From sequence record DRR378314_1401: a stretch of DNA of 64,000 nucleotides. One strand, 5' to 3'. The notes beneath the pieces are model-generated. The model saw only the letters and a list, made by a program, of their open reading frames with translations. It made no database searches and was not told where the DNA came from. The position numbers were made by a program, and so were the translations under genes. Positions 1-10,860 of this stretch are shown piece by piece. Within the stretch, counting starts at the first letter, position 1. Each line of letters begins with the position of its first letter.

Positions 1-258
<258 letters not shown>

Positions 259-346
259 TCATGGTGCCTCATGTGAAGACCGCACCAAGCGTCAACACCA
301 TATCTAAACGCTATATAGCAAACCGAAAGCACCTAATCAACAAAAT

Positions 347-366
347 ACATAAAGACATCTTTATAT
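347..366. promoter_or_regulatory. Palindromic operator upstream of ahcY, probable SahR (ArsR-family) site
   Basis: ACATAAAGACATCTTTATAT contains a perfect ATAAAGA-N2-TCTTTAT inverted repeat about 105 bp upstream of the ahcY start. It resembles the SahR motif as I recall it. Confidence 0.65.
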
Positions 367-396
367 GTTGATCAATTAAATAACGGAGTTCAAAAT

Positions 397-693
397 TCAG
401 TCAGATGTGTCGGGTTCCTGATCTTCACCAAATTTATTGGTTACCAGCTGCTCAAGCGCAGAGAGCGCCTCTTCGGCATCCACGCCGGTCACAGACACAT
501 TTATGGAAGATCCTTTGGCGGCAGCCAGCATCATCAACCCCATTATAGAGGTCCCGGAGACACTGTTATCATCTTTTGCGACGATGATATTCGCATCATA
601 ACTCTCGGCACATTTGACAAATTTTGCGGCTGCCCGGGCGTGTAAACCGCGTTGATTTTCAATCAGTAGGCTTTTACGAAGTGTTTTTGTCAT
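397..693 (-). CDS. ptsH: HPr/NPr family phosphocarrier protein
   Basis: GLHARAAAKFV (active His) and SIMGLMMLAA (regulatory Ser) motifs. Start trimmed to ATG 693 (MTKTLRK). Confidence 0.93.
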   Translation of the reverse strand: MTKTLRKSLLIENQRGLHARAAAKFVKCAESYDANIIVAKDDNSVSGTSIMGLMMLAAAKGSSINVSVTGVDAEEALSALEQLVTNKFGEDQEPDTSD

Positions 694-715
694 TCTTAAT
701 TGGAATCGCTTAACG

Positions 716-1120
716 TTAGGAATTGTTGGCCAGCAGGTGGGACGCAACATTGATGTATTTCCGACCAGATTCCTGCGCCGCTGCAACCGCCTTTTCCATA
801 TCATCCTCCCCGCGCAGGCTTGCAAGTTTGATCAACATGGGAAGGTTTATCCCGGCAATCACCTCAACCTTTGCCTTATCCATAACAGAAATCGCCAGAT
901 TGGAGGGTGTTCCGCCAAACATATCTGTCAGCAGTATCACGCCAGAACCGGTTTCCACCTCAGCAACCGCTTTCAGGATATCATCTCGGCGCTGCTCCAT
1001 ATCATCGTCCGGACCAATGGAAATCGCACGGACCTGCTCTTGCGGGCCAACCACATGCTCTGTCGCTGCGACGAACTCTTCAGCCAGTCGGCCATGAGTT
1101 ACCAATACCATTCCAATCAT
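716..1120 (-). CDS. PTS EIIA component, mannose/fructose family (ManX-like)
   Basis: MIGMVLVTHG, LTDMFGGTPSN and GINLPML motifs; conserved position in the chvG-hprK cluster. Confidence 0.93.
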   Translation of the reverse strand: MIGMVLVTHGRLAEEFVAATEHVVGPQEQVRAISIGPDDDMEQRRDDILKAVAEVETGSGVILLTDMFGGTPSNLAISVMDKAKVEVIAGINLPMLIKLASLRGEDDMEKAVAAAQESGRKYINVASHLLANNS

Positions 1121-1157
1121 TCCATACGCCTCTTGTTATTAAGCTGCAAAAAGAACC

Positions 1158-2024
1158 TTAACTCAGGTCTCGGTGCAATAGCTGGGTAAAGTACCCATTT
1201 TTTTCAATGTGGTCATGAACAATTTCGGCCACACAAACCGAACGATGCCGCCCACCCGTACAGCCGATCGCTATTGTCAGGTAGGATTTCCCCTCCGACA
1301 GGTATCTTGGCATCAGCAAATCCAGCATATCTTTCAGTTTATCGATAAACGCAGGAAACGCGTCATCCGTGCGGATATAGTCGGCCACGGCCGAATCCTG
1401 GCCTGTCTTTTCCCGTAAATTTTCATCGTAATATGGGTTTTTCAAAAACCGCATATCAAACACCAGGTCCGACTCCCGCGGCAATCCCTGCTTAAAAGAA
1501 AAGGACATCACCGTGGTGGTCAGAGCCGGATTTTCTTTCAAGCTAAACCGTTGAATCAATTGATGACGGAGTTCCGGCAACGACAGAAGTGTCGTATCCA
1601 CACAGACATCCGCCTCCGCCTTCAAACCTTTAAAAAGACCCCGTTCCGCTATAATTCCATCGGCCACCGGCCGATCCGCTGCAAGCGGGTGCTTGCGCCG
1701 GGTTTCCGTGAATCGCCGCTTCAAGACCGCGCTGTCACATTCCAGAAAAACCAGATCCACCTGGCTATGGGTTTCTGATTTTAGACGCGTGGTGAGCCCC
1801 ACCAGTTTCTCAACACTGAAGCCCAGGGTCCGCGTATCAACACCGACCGCAATATTCATACCGCCCTCACGGCTGATCTCCATCACCAGTGGCGATAGCA
1901 AAGACAGGGGAATGTTATCAGCAACCTCCCATCCCAGATCTTCAAATTGTTTTAAGGCAGTGGATTTCCCGGCCCCGGAATACCCGGTTATGAGCGCAAT
2001 ACGCGTCTGCTCTACCTGCTCCAT
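1158..2024 (-). CDS. rapZ: RNase adapter RapZ (P-loop protein)
   Basis: ITGYSGAGKST Walker A, FDMRFLKNPY and IAIGCTGGRHRSV motifs. Confidence 0.95.
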   Translation of the reverse strand: MEQVEQTRIALITGYSGAGKSTALKQFEDLGWEVADNIPLSLLSPLVMEISREGGMNIAVGVDTRTLGFSVEKLVGLTTRLKSETHSQVDLVFLECDSAVLKRRFTETRRKHPLAADRPVADGIIAERGLFKGLKAEADVCVDTTLLSLPELRHQLIQRFSLKENPALTTTVMSFSFKQGLPRESDLVFDMRFLKNPYYDENLREKTGQDSAVADYIRTDDAFPAFIDKLKDMLDLLMPRYLSEGKSYLTIAIGCTGGRHRSVCVAEIVHDHIEKNGYFTQLLHRDLS

Positions 2025-2056
2025 GTCGCGTTACATCTCTTTTTGGTTTGAAAACG

Positions 2057-2500
2057 CTACGAGCGCACAGAGGGCCATATCTGAGGCAGGTGGTCAAGCG
2101 CCAATCTGATCCGCTCCACATTTGATGTATAGGCCGGATCCAGTTTCATCAGCGGAACAGGGATCTTCTCAAACTTTTCTGTCTCTGGCGGGTCGGGGTA
2201 GCGTTCTATTTCCGCTGCCGGTAAGAGGTCGCAGCAGAGCGCGACTTCAACGCCGCTTATGAATTTGAGCTTCTTTAAGACACCAAGCCCTCTCACCTCA
2301 ATCATACCCTGCAATTCAGCCGGTGTATGCGCCCAAAGACGTCCGTTTAACTCCTGAAGCTCGATATAATCATCTGATACCAGATAGGCGCCCGACTTGA
2401 TCAACTGCAACGCCAGATCCGATTTCCCTGCGCCAGACGGGCCACGGATCAGGATAGCCTTGTTGTTCAATGCGACCACAGATGCATGCAGTTTGATCAT
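2057..2500 (-). CDS. hprK: Short alphaproteobacterial HPr kinase/phosphorylase
   Basis: LHASVV, GPSGAGKSDLAL, LVSDD and IEVRGLG motifs; lies downstream of chvG. Confidence 0.92.
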   Translation of the reverse strand: MIKLHASVVALNNKAILIRGPSGAGKSDLALQLIKSGAYLVSDDYIELQELNGRLWAHTPAELQGMIEVRGLGVLKKLKFISGVEVALCCDLLPAAEIERYPDPPETEKFEKIPVPLMKLDPAYTSNVERIRLALDHLPQIWPSVRS

Positions 2501-2530
2501 CGGAAATTATCGCTTCCGTTTTCAGGCGAT

Positions 2531-4264
2531 CTATTTGGGCAGGCGAACCGTAAATTTGGATCCAATGATCTTTCCTTCTGAACTCATTCGGTTGGATGCA
2601 AAGATGGTTCCGCCATGTGCCTCCACAATCAACCGTGAAATGCTGAGACCCAGGCCTGAATGATTTCCGAACCCTTCACTTTTGGGACGTTCCGTGTAAA
2701 ATCGGCTGAAAATATCTTCCAGCTTGTTTTCGGGGATGCCTGGACCCTGATCCTCTACATCGACCTGGACCCAGTTCTGTCCCTTGAAATCCTTCTCCTC
2801 GTGGACCCGGACAAGAACCCTCCCTTGTTCTGGTGAGAAAGAAATCGCATTTTCTATGAGATTGCGAAATACCTGTCCCAATCGCCCGGGGACGCCTTCG
2901 ATTACAATCTCTGGCGTTGAAATTTCCACTTCAACGCTGACGTTATTGCGGGCTCGCTCTCCCGAATAAAGGCCGACCACACCATCGGTGACCTGGACCA
3001 GGTTGATGGTTTCACCTTCGGTTCGCGACAATTCCGCATCCAGACGGCTGGCAGAAGAAATATCCGTAATCAACCGGTCCAAGCGCTTCACGTCACTGGA
3101 AATCACTTCCTGCAATTTGCGGCGGGTAGCGTCGTCCTTGACCCGCTCAAAAGTATCTATCGCAGTTCCCAATGAAGTGAGCGGGTTTTTCAATTCGTGA
3201 GAAACATCGGCAGCGAACGACTCAATGGCATCCATCCGGTCATATAGGGCTTCGGTCATTTGGCGATATGATACCGACAAATCACCAATTTCATCCTGAC
3301 GATTGGAAAAATCAGGCATCTCGACGCGGCGACCAATGCCAAGGCGCACTTTATCTGCGGCTTCCGCCATTTTCTGGACTGGGCTGGCAATGGTTCGGGC
3401 CAGATACAACGACAGAAGCAACGTGATCACAACCGTGATGGAAAAAACGGTGAGGGTTGTGATCTGGGCGGATCTGACGGCGTCATCAATGGCATCTCCA
3501 TTTTCGACCAGCATCAATCCGCCTAAAATTCGCTTGAACCCCTGCACCGGCATGGCGACGGATAACATCAACCGGCCTTCTTCCGTTTGGCGGATAACAC
3601 CATTGGTTTCCCCGGACAAGGCCGCTTGAACTTCTTTGAAATCATCGGCAGATAAAGAGTGCTTTTTCGGGAAAAGCGGGAAATCTCTTGAATTGGGAAT
3701 AAGGTCGGCCAGAAAATTATAGCTGTCTTCATATATTTTCTGAAACTGGTTCCGCTGATCCGGGGGCGGGAGTGTTTCCAAAATGATTTCCCGACCCGAC
3801 GAAATCAGAAACCGGCTGTCAGCAACTAGAACCCCTTCGCGATCAAAAAGCTTGGCGGGAATTCCGGTGACCACAGACATCCGGCGAAGAACGCGCCGAA
3901 TGTTCCGGCTGTCCAGGTTGAAATAGTTACTGCCACCCGTAAACGACATTTCAGCCAACGCCGCTTCACCGATTGCCCCGGCAATCATCCGCCCATTGGT
4001 TTGCAAGGCTTGCAGGCGCGCTTCTATCAATCCCGCCCGGAACTGGTCCAGATAGAGAATCCCCCCGGCCAAAAAGATAATGGAAAACAGGTTAATCGCC
4101 ATTATTCGGCGGCTTAGCGACGAAAACCGCCACCACCGCCTTTTTTGGCGGTTATCTGTAGCTGTTGAAGACATAAACCCTTCAGACGGTTTCGGCTCAT
4201 CTGCGGCATAACTTGGATCCGCCAATGACACATTTGCCCCTTTTTCTGTCGTCTGGTCGCTCAC
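2531..4264 (-). CDS. chvG: Sensor histidine kinase ChvG/ExoS
   Basis: Two TM segments, HAMP, H-box ADVSHELKNPLTS and HATPase boxes (NLIENAISFS, DQGPGI, GLGLSIS); next to chvI. Confidence 0.95.
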   Translation of the reverse strand: MSDQTTEKGANVSLADPSYAADEPKPSEGFMSSTATDNRQKRRWWRFSSLSRRIMAINLFSIIFLAGGILYLDQFRAGLIEARLQALQTNGRMIAGAIGEAALAEMSFTGGSNYFNLDSRNIRRVLRRMSVVTGIPAKLFDREGVLVADSRFLISSGREIILETLPPPDQRNQFQKIYEDSYNFLADLIPNSRDFPLFPKKHSLSADDFKEVQAALSGETNGVIRQTEEGRLMLSVAMPVQGFKRILGGLMLVENGDAIDDAVRSAQITTLTVFSITVVITLLLSLYLARTIASPVQKMAEAADKVRLGIGRRVEMPDFSNRQDEIGDLSVSYRQMTEALYDRMDAIESFAADVSHELKNPLTSLGTAIDTFERVKDDATRRKLQEVISSDVKRLDRLITDISSASRLDAELSRTEGETINLVQVTDGVVGLYSGERARNNVSVEVEISTPEIVIEGVPGRLGQVFRNLIENAISFSPEQGRVLVRVHEEKDFKGQNWVQVDVEDQGPGIPENKLEDIFSRFYTERPKSEGFGNHSGLGLSISRLIVEAHGGTIFASNRMSSEGKIIGSKFTVRLPK

Positions 4265-4284
4265 AGATTATGTCTTTCTTAAAT

Positions 4285-4980
4285 TCAGTCTTTGAAACGG
4301 TATCCAACCCCGTACAGAGTTTCAATAGCTGAAAACTCGTTATCGACTGACCGGATTTTTTTCCGCAAACGTTTGATATGACTGTCAATTGTCCGATCAT
4401 CAACATAAATGTTGTCGTCATAGGCCGCATCCATCAATTGATCCCGGCTTTTGACATGGCCCGGCCGATAGGCCAGCGCATGCAACAACATAAATTCCGT
4501 AACCGTCAGAATAACTTCCTTGTCATCCCAAAAGCAGGCGTGGCGCACACTGTCAAGCTTCAACCGACCCCGGATCAGGACATCTTCATCCGCACTCTCT
4601 TCCGTGCTGGATTTCGCTTTATGACGGCGCAGCACGGTCCGAATTCGCTCAACCAGTAGCCGCTGCGAAAACGGCTTTTTGATGTAATCGTCGGCGCCCA
4701 TCTTCAAGCCCAGAAATTCATCTATCTCATCATCTTTTGAGGTCAGGAAGATCACCGGCAGATCTGAGCTTCGGCGTAACCGGTTCAGCATCTCCATGCC
4801 ATCCATACGGGGCATCTTGATATCCAACACCGCAAGGTCTGGCGGATTGGAATCAAACGATTCAAGCGCCTCTTCTCCATCGGAGAATTTCGAGACAGAG
4901 AAGCCTTCAGATTCCAAAAGAATGGAGACGGTCGTCAACACATTGAGGTCATCGTCCACAAGTGCAATTCTATTCGACAT
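4285..4980 (-). CDS. chvI: OmpR-family response regulator ChvI
   Basis: Receiver domain plus winged helix with [17 protein letters not shown] and [11 protein letters not shown]; divergent from pckA. Confidence 0.96.
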   Translation of the reverse strand: MSNRIALVDDDLNVLTTVSILLESEGFSVSKFSDGEEALESFDSNPPDLAVLDIKMPRMDGMEMLNRLRRSSDLPVIFLTSKDDEIDEFLGLKMGADDYIKKPFSQRLLVERIRTVLRRHKAKSSTEESADEDVLIRGRLKLDSVRHACFWDDKEVILTVTEFMLLHALAYRPGHVKSRDQLMDAAYDDNIYVDDRTIDSHIKRLRKKIRSVDNEFSAIETLYGVGYRFKD

Positions 4981-5047
4981 AATGGTCTCCTTTTCTCCAC
5001 TTTATTGTCATAATAAGTCCCGTAAGATCTAAATACCATCCTGCTTT

Positions 5048-5063
5048 TGGCACAAATGTGGCA
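5048..5063 (-). promoter_or_regulatory. 11-bp-period direct repeat upstream of chvI, candidate ChvI autoregulatory site
   Basis: Minus strand reads TGCCA-N6-TGCCA (GCC-N8-GCC), about 70 bp upstream of the chvI start. This is an OmpR-type direct-repeat geometry. Confidence 0.5.
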
Positions 5064-5393
5064 GATTGAAGGTAACTCGGTGGTATTTGGATTACTCTAT
5101 AGGAGAACACGGCAGAAATACCCCTGAATCTTGAAATTATGAAAACAGACCGAAACCAAGCGAAAAAACCGTATGCCTACACGGTGTACAGTTTGAAATC
5201 ACAAATAAAACTTGGTTAATTAATTTCATAAAAGTTCGTTTAGAGCTAAAATCGAAACATCAACGAAACAAAGAACCAAAAACTCGTTGATTTTGACAAT
5301 TTTCTTACACCAGCTGTTGCAGGAAGGTGGCGCCCCCCTTATCCTTTTGCCTCAATTATCAATTAAAAAAGTTATTCACGAATATAGCCATGA

Positions 5394-7010
5394 ATGGAGA
5401 GGGTATTGGAACAAAAGGGACCTCAGATAAGTTCTTATGGGATCGACCAACAAGGACTTGGTAGTGTGGGCAAAGCATACTGGAACCTGTCAGCTCCGGA
5501 TTTGTATACAGAAGCTCTAAAACGGGATGAAGCGAGCCTGTCAGAAGGTGGCGCACTCGTTGCCATTACAGGTCAGCATACGGGCCGATCTGCAAATGAT
5601 AAATTCATCGTCAAGGAAGCCAGTAGTGAAGACAATATCTGGTGGGGAAAGGTCAACAAACCTTTCGAAGACAGCAAATTTGCGGGTCTGCACCAGAAGA
5701 TGAAGGAGCATCTGAACGGCCGCGATGTCTTTGTACAGGATTGCTACGCTGGTGCAGATACTGGTCACCGCCTTCCTGTGCGGATTATTACTGAATGTGC
5801 GTGGCACAATCTGTTCGCCCGCAATATGTTTATTCAGCCGAGCGAAGAAGAACTGAAAACATTTGTTCCTGAATTTACAGTTCTGCAATGTCCCAGCCTG
5901 GAAGCCGATCCGGAAACAGACGGTACCCGCTCTGAAGTATTTGTCCTGGCAAATTTTGCGGAAAAACTGGTGATTATTGGCGGAACTTCCTACGCTGGTG
6001 AGATCAAAAAATCTGTTTTCTCAATCCTCAACTACCTGCTCCCTGAAAAAGGGGTGCTGCCCATGCATTGTTCCGTCAATGTCAGCAATGAAGACGAAAG
6101 CGCCGTCTTCTTCGGACTTTCCGGAACGGGTAAAACGACACTTTCTGCAGATGCCTCCAGAATGTTAATCGGTGATGATGAACATGGCTGGGGTGATGAC
6201 GGTGTATTTAACTTCGAAGGGGGTTGCTACGCCAAGGTGATCCGTCTTTCCGAAGAAGCGGAACCGGAAATTTACGAGACCACACGCCGTTTTGGCACCA
6301 TCCTTGAAAATGTGGTTATGGATGAGCGCGGACGGCTGGATCTGGATGATAACCGATATACCGAAAATACTCGTGCCTCCTATCCGATTGATTTCATCCC
6401 CAACGCTAGTGAAACCGGGATTGCCGGCAATCCCAAAAATGTCATCATGCTAACGGCAGATGCGTTTGGTGTTCTACCGCCAATTGCCAAATTGAGCCCG
6501 GAACAGGCCATGTATCACTTCCTGTCGGGTTATACAGCAAAACTTGCGGGCACAGAAAAAGGCCTTGGCAACGAGCCGCAGGCAACTTTCTCCACCTGCT
6601 TTGGTGCGCCATTTATGCCGCGTCATCCTGCTGTCTATGCCAAATTGCTCGGTGAGAAAATTGCCCGCCACAATGTCAATTGCTGGCTGGTTAATACAGG
6701 TTGGACAGGGGGTGCCTACGGAACCGGTCACCGCATGCCAATTGCCCATACAAGAGCATTGGTCAATGCTGCACTTGATGGCACTTTGGCTTCTGTGGAG
6801 TTTGAACGGGATGCATATTTCGGGCTGGCAATGCCGACCGCTTGCGACGGCGTTCCCGGCCATATTTTGAACCCCCGCAATACCTGGGCGGATAAAAACG
6901 CTTATGACATTCAGGCCGCCCATCTTGTTAGCCTGTTTATCGAAAATTTCGAACAGTTTACAGACTATGTGGACGAAGATGTCATGAAATCAGCGCCAAA
7001 ATCCGCTTGA
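5394..7010 (+). CDS. pckA: Phosphoenolpyruvate carboxykinase (ATP)
   Basis: [29 protein letters not shown] and FSTCFGAPF motifs. Confidence 0.98.
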   Translation: MERVLEQKGPQISSYGIDQQGLGSVGKAYWNLSAPDLYTEALKRDEASLSEGGALVAITGQHTGRSANDKFIVKEASSEDNIWWGKVNKPFEDSKFAGLHQKMKEHLNGRDVFVQDCYAGADTGHRLPVRIITECAWHNLFARNMFIQPSEEELKTFVPEFTVLQCPSLEADPETDGTRSEVFVLANFAEKLVIIGGTSYAGEIKKSVFSILNYLLPEKGVLPMHCSVNVSNEDESAVFFGLSGTGKTTLSADASRMLIGDDEHGWGDDGVFNFEGGCYAKVIRLSEEAEPEIYETTRRFGTILENVVMDERGRLDLDDNRYTENTRASYPIDFIPNASETGIAGNPKNVIMLTADAFGVLPPIAKLSPEQAMYHFLSGYTAKLAGTEKGLGNEPQATFSTCFGAPFMPRHPAVYAKLLGEKIARHNVNCWLVNTGWTGGAYGTGHRMPIAHTRALVNAALDGTLASVEFERDAYFGLAMPTACDGVPGHILNPRNTWADKNAYDIQAAHLVSLFIENFEQFTDYVDEDVMKSAPKSA

Positions 7011-7030
7011 TCCAATACAATGACTACCCG

Positions 7031-7061
7031 AAAACCCCTGCCCTGCCGGCGGGGGTTTTTT
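7031..7061 (+). terminator. Intrinsic terminator after pckA
   Basis: AAAACCCCTGCC-loop-GGCGGGGGTTTTTT, 20 bp after the stop codon. Confidence 0.85.
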
Positions 7062-7318
7062 GGATCCCTAAACCCTGCTTCTTTAGCGATTCTGAGCCCT
7101 GTTAGTCGCAGTAACTGCAGCTTTTGCAGCTATTCCCGCAATATTAGGCGATGACAATATCAACGCAGATTTTGCCAACTTCATACGGACCGCGGTGATT
7201 GTCGTCGCTTTAAGTTTTAGTCTATACGGGACCGGATGGAATGAGGTTTCGCAGATTTCTGCAGGTGCAATCGGTCTGGCAATCGGTTAATTATGAACCA
7301 TCTGATATAGGAGGAACC

Positions 7319-7981
7319 ATGCGCGAAGCAGTAATCTTTGATATGGACGGCTTGATGCTCGATACAGAGCGGGTTGCCATGAAGACCTTCATCGAAAGCT
7401 GCGATCAATTTGGCCTGACCTATGATGAAAAAGTTTATTTAAGCTGTATCGGCAGTAATCTGGATCGAACCGCCCGGATACTGGAAACGAATATGCCGGG
7501 CTTTTCAAAACTCCATTTTATGGAGGCCTGGAACCAGCGATATGTGGAGACTGCAGTTCACAAACCCGTTCCACTTAAAGAGGGTGTTCTGGAGTTTCTG
7601 ACCTACCTGAAATCAACCGGTATCCCCTGCGCCGTCGCCAGCTCCACCCCGGAAATAAACGCCGTGCGTAAACTTGAAAATGCGGGCCTGATTGATTTCT
7701 TTTCGGCCCTCGTCTTTGGCGATCAGGTTGCGCACAGCAAGCCACATCCGGAAATCTACCTGACGGCTGCCAGGCGCCTGAACGTTAATCCCGCGCATTG
7801 TGCTGCCCTGGAGGATTCCAATAATGGGGTTAAATCAGCCTATGAAGCCAAAATGCTGGTCTTTCAGGTTCCGGATTTAGTAGATCCCTCTGAAGATGTG
7901 AAGTCCCTGGGCCATTCCATTCTCCCCACGGTTGGCCATGTTCATCGGATATTTATGTATAAGACCAATCAATCACTATAA
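7319..7981 (+). CDS. HAD-family phosphatase (beta-PGM/CbbY-like)
   Basis: IFDMDGLMLDTE motif I, KPHPEIY and LEDSNNG. Start moved to ATG 7319, behind an AGGAGG RBS. Confidence 0.9.
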   Translation: MREAVIFDMDGLMLDTERVAMKTFIESCDQFGLTYDEKVYLSCIGSNLDRTARILETNMPGFSKLHFMEAWNQRYVETAVHKPVPLKEGVLEFLTYLKSTGIPCAVASSTPEINAVRKLENAGLIDFFSALVFGDQVAHSKPHPEIYLTAARRLNVNPAHCAALEDSNNGVKSAYEAKMLVFQVPDLVDPSEDVKSLGHSILPTVGHVHRIFMYKTNQSL

Positions 7982-8088
7982 ATAAGACCAAAACAAAAAT
8001 TCCTAGCTGTCACTCAATAACATTGTTAGAGAATCTATCTGGTTCACCTCGTTGATTTCGCGACCCAACAACTAAAAGGCTCCCCAAA

Positions 8089-9027
8089 ATGTGGTCCATT
8101 TCAATTTCTATTCTGCCAATCTTCCTTCTGTTGATGATGGGGCACGGTCTTCATCGGGTCGGTTTTCCGGGGGAACATTTCTGGCCGCAGGCAGACAAGG
8201 TGACCTATTGGGTTTTGTTCCCGGCATTGCTGTTTTCCAGAACCACCACGGCGCCATTGGAAGGGGACATCCTTGGCACCTATGCACTGGCGCTCATCGG
8301 GGCGTTGACCATTTGCTCACTCATGGCAGTATTGACCACTCGAACTTTAAAGTTTTCCAATGGCTTAAGCGGCTCAGTCTTTCAGGGGGCAACCCGGCAT
8401 AACACCTTTATTGCCTTTGCGACCGCTGACATGCTGTTTGGCGGCGAAGGATTATTGCTGGCAGCGGTTGCAACTTCCATTCTGGTTCCACCAACCAATC
8501 TCTTTTGCGTATCCGCCCTTGTCACCTATCAGGGACAAAGTAATTCCCGCAGCCTGAAACTGCGCCTTTTGCAGGAAATTATGCGAAATCCGTTGCTTCT
8601 GGGAATTGCGGCAGGTGTTTTTTGCAACCTGACCGGTATCGGAAAACTGCCCGTCATCCATGACGTCGCAGATATTCTGGCAAAAGCAGCTCTTCCCTTC
8701 GCCCTGCTCTGCGTCGGGGCGGGCCTGCATATTCAAACCATGCGCACCGAAGCCACGTCCTTGATTGTTGCAACTTTTGGCAAACTTCTTTTATTTCCAG
8801 CCATCATGATCGGCGTGATCTTTCTGACCGGACTGGATGGTATTGCCGCCGTCATTCTGGTGATCTACGGAGCTGTCCCAACCGCCAGTTCCGGCTACGC
8901 GCTGGCCAGACAGCTTGGCAGTGATGCAGAAGCCATGGCCGCCATAATCACCATTCAGACCCTCCTCTCCATGATCACGTTGCCAATTTCCGTGGCCCTT
9001 GCAATGCATGTCTTTATGGGTCTTTGA
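8089..9027 (+). CDS. AEC (auxin efflux carrier) family transporter
   Basis: About 10 hydrophobic segments; YWVLFPALLF, NPLLLG and PTASSGYALARQLG motifs. Confidence 0.88.
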   Translation: MWSISISILPIFLLLMMGHGLHRVGFPGEHFWPQADKVTYWVLFPALLFSRTTTAPLEGDILGTYALALIGALTICSLMAVLTTRTLKFSNGLSGSVFQGATRHNTFIAFATADMLFGGEGLLLAAVATSILVPPTNLFCVSALVTYQGQSNSRSLKLRLLQEIMRNPLLLGIAAGVFCNLTGIGKLPVIHDVADILAKAALPFALLCVGAGLHIQTMRTEATSLIVATFGKLLLFPAIMIGVIFLTGLDGIAAVILVIYGAVPTASSGYALARQLGSDAEAMAAIITIQTLLSMITLPISVALAMHVFMGL

Positions 9028-9046
9028 TCCGCCGGGCTGATGGCGA

Positions 9047-9826
9047 TCAAAACGCTTCCTGAATGGACGGGTGATCCCCGCAAAGGGGACAGCCAGGGTC
9101 CGGTTTGACCCGAACTTTGCGAAATTCCGTATACAGCGCATCATAGATCAATAGCTGCCCGGACATACTTTCTCCGATCTCCAGCAGTTCCTTAAGAACT
9201 TCAACAGCCTGAAGAGATCCCATGGTTCCGGCCAAGGCACCCAGAACTCCCGCTTCCCCACAGGTCTGCGTCACCTCTGGCGGTGGGGGTGCTGGAAAAA
9301 TACAGCGATAGCAGGGATTACCGCCCCCTAGATAGGGTTTATAAGTGGAAAGCTGCCCCTCAAACTGCAACATAGCCGCAGAAACCAACGGTTTTTTCAA
9401 AAAGTAACAGGCGTCATTGATCAGAAACCGTGTCTCAAAATTATCTGAACCATCGGCCACCAGATCATAATCTGCAAATAAGGCCCGCACATTCGATCGG
9501 GTTAATCGTTCCGCATACGGTACAATTTTAACGTCAGGGTTGATTGCCGAAACAGCAGCCCTTGCACTTTGCACCTTTGCCGTCCCGATATCAGCGGTTC
9601 CATGGGCGATCTGACGCTGCAGATTAGACAAATCCACCTGATCATCATCCACCACACCAATGGTGCCGACCCCAGCCGCCGCCAGATAGAGGATCAGGGG
9701 CGAGCCTAAGCCGCCCGCCCCGATCACCAGAACTTTTGACTTTAACAGTTTCTGCTGACCAATACCGCCAACTTCGCGCAGTACAATATGGCGGGCATAC
9801 CGATCAAGTTGATCATCAGTCAGCAT
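9047..9826 (-). CDS. moeB: ThiF/MoeB family adenylyltransferase, no fused rhodanese domain
   Basis: RYARHIVL, GAGGLGSP, DLSNLQRQ, CYRC and CPLCG zinc motifs. Confidence 0.92.
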   Translation of the reverse strand: MLTDDQLDRYARHIVLREVGGIGQQKLLKSKVLVIGAGGLGSPLILYLAAAGVGTIGVVDDDQVDLSNLQRQIAHGTADIGTAKVQSARAAVSAINPDVKIVPYAERLTRSNVRALFADYDLVADGSDNFETRFLINDACYFLKKPLVSAAMLQFEGQLSTYKPYLGGGNPCYRCIFPAPPPPEVTQTCGEAGVLGALAGTMGSLQAVEVLKELLEIGESMSGQLLIYDALYTEFRKVRVKPDPGCPLCGDHPSIQEAF

Positions 9827-9832
9827 CTTATC

Positions 9833-10786
9833 TTAAATTCCGTCAAACAAAGCTGTCGTCAAGTACCGCTCAGCAAAAGAAGGGATGACAACCACAATAT
9901 TCTTGCCTTCCATCTCTGGTCGCTCTGCAATTTCAATCGCTGCAGCAAGCGCCGCACCTGAAGAAATACCAGCGGGGATGCCCTCCTCACGCGCCAATGC
10001 ACGGGAGGTTTCAAACGCTGTTTCATTGCCGATGGTCAGAACTTCATCAATCAGGCTCCGATCCAGGTTATCCGGGATGAAATTCGCGCCAATGCCCTGA
10101 ATTTTATGAGGACCTGGCTGCCCGCCGGACAGAATGGGGCTATCTTCGGGTTCAACAGCAACAATTTTGATATCCTTGTTATGGCCTTTCAGAACAGAAC
10201 CCACGCCGGTAAGCGTCCCGCCAGTACCAATGCCCATAACGACAGCATCCACATTGCCGTCCGTATCTGTCCAGATTTCATCAGCAGTGGTTACTTTATG
10301 CACCGCCGGGTTTGCAGGATTGGAAAACTGCTGCGGAATAACCGCATCGCCGTATTCTTCCTTCATTTCCTGGGCGCGAACAACTGCACCGTTCATGCCT
10401 TTGGCCGCTTCGGTCAATTCCAGGTTGGCGCCCAGAAGCTTCAACATTTTACGTCGCTCTATGGACATACTCTCCGGCATAACCAGGGTCAGATCATACC
10501 CTTTCGCGGCACAGACAAACGCCAGACCAATCCCGGTGTTCCCGGAAGTGGGTTCAATAATCTTGGTGTTCTCTTTAATCGCACCGGCTTCTTCCATAGC
10601 TTCGATCATGGCCAGCGAAATCCGGTCTTTCACCGATGCCAAAGGATTGAAAAACTCCAGCTTTAACAAAAGATTGGCTTTCAGATTCCGGTTCTTGGCA
10701 AAACGGTTGGCCCGGACAAGTGGCGTGCCACCGATTGTATCCAAAATGCTGTTATAGATTTTACCGCGAGGGGCTACTTTTTCCAT
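9833..10786 (-). CDS. cysK: Cysteine synthase A
   Basis: NPLASVKDRI (PLP lysine), EPTSGNTGIGLA and GPHKIQGIG motifs. Start trimmed to MEKVAPRGK. Confidence 0.96.
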   Translation of the reverse strand: MEKVAPRGKIYNSILDTIGGTPLVRANRFAKNRNLKANLLLKLEFFNPLASVKDRISLAMIEAMEEAGAIKENTKIIEPTSGNTGIGLAFVCAAKGYDLTLVMPESMSIERRKMLKLLGANLELTEAAKGMNGAVVRAQEMKEEYGDAVIPQQFSNPANPAVHKVTTADEIWTDTDGNVDAVVMGIGTGGTLTGVGSVLKGHNKDIKIVAVEPEDSPILSGGQPGPHKIQGIGANFIPDNLDRSLIDEVLTIGNETAFETSRALAREEGIPAGISSGAALAAAIEIAERPEMEGKNIVVVIPSFAERYLTTALFDGI

Positions 10787-10860
10787 TTCACATCTCCATT
10801 TCTGTTGCAGAAACCTCGGTTTCTGGTTTTGTTTCAATGTTGGCTCAGACCCGGCGTCGT

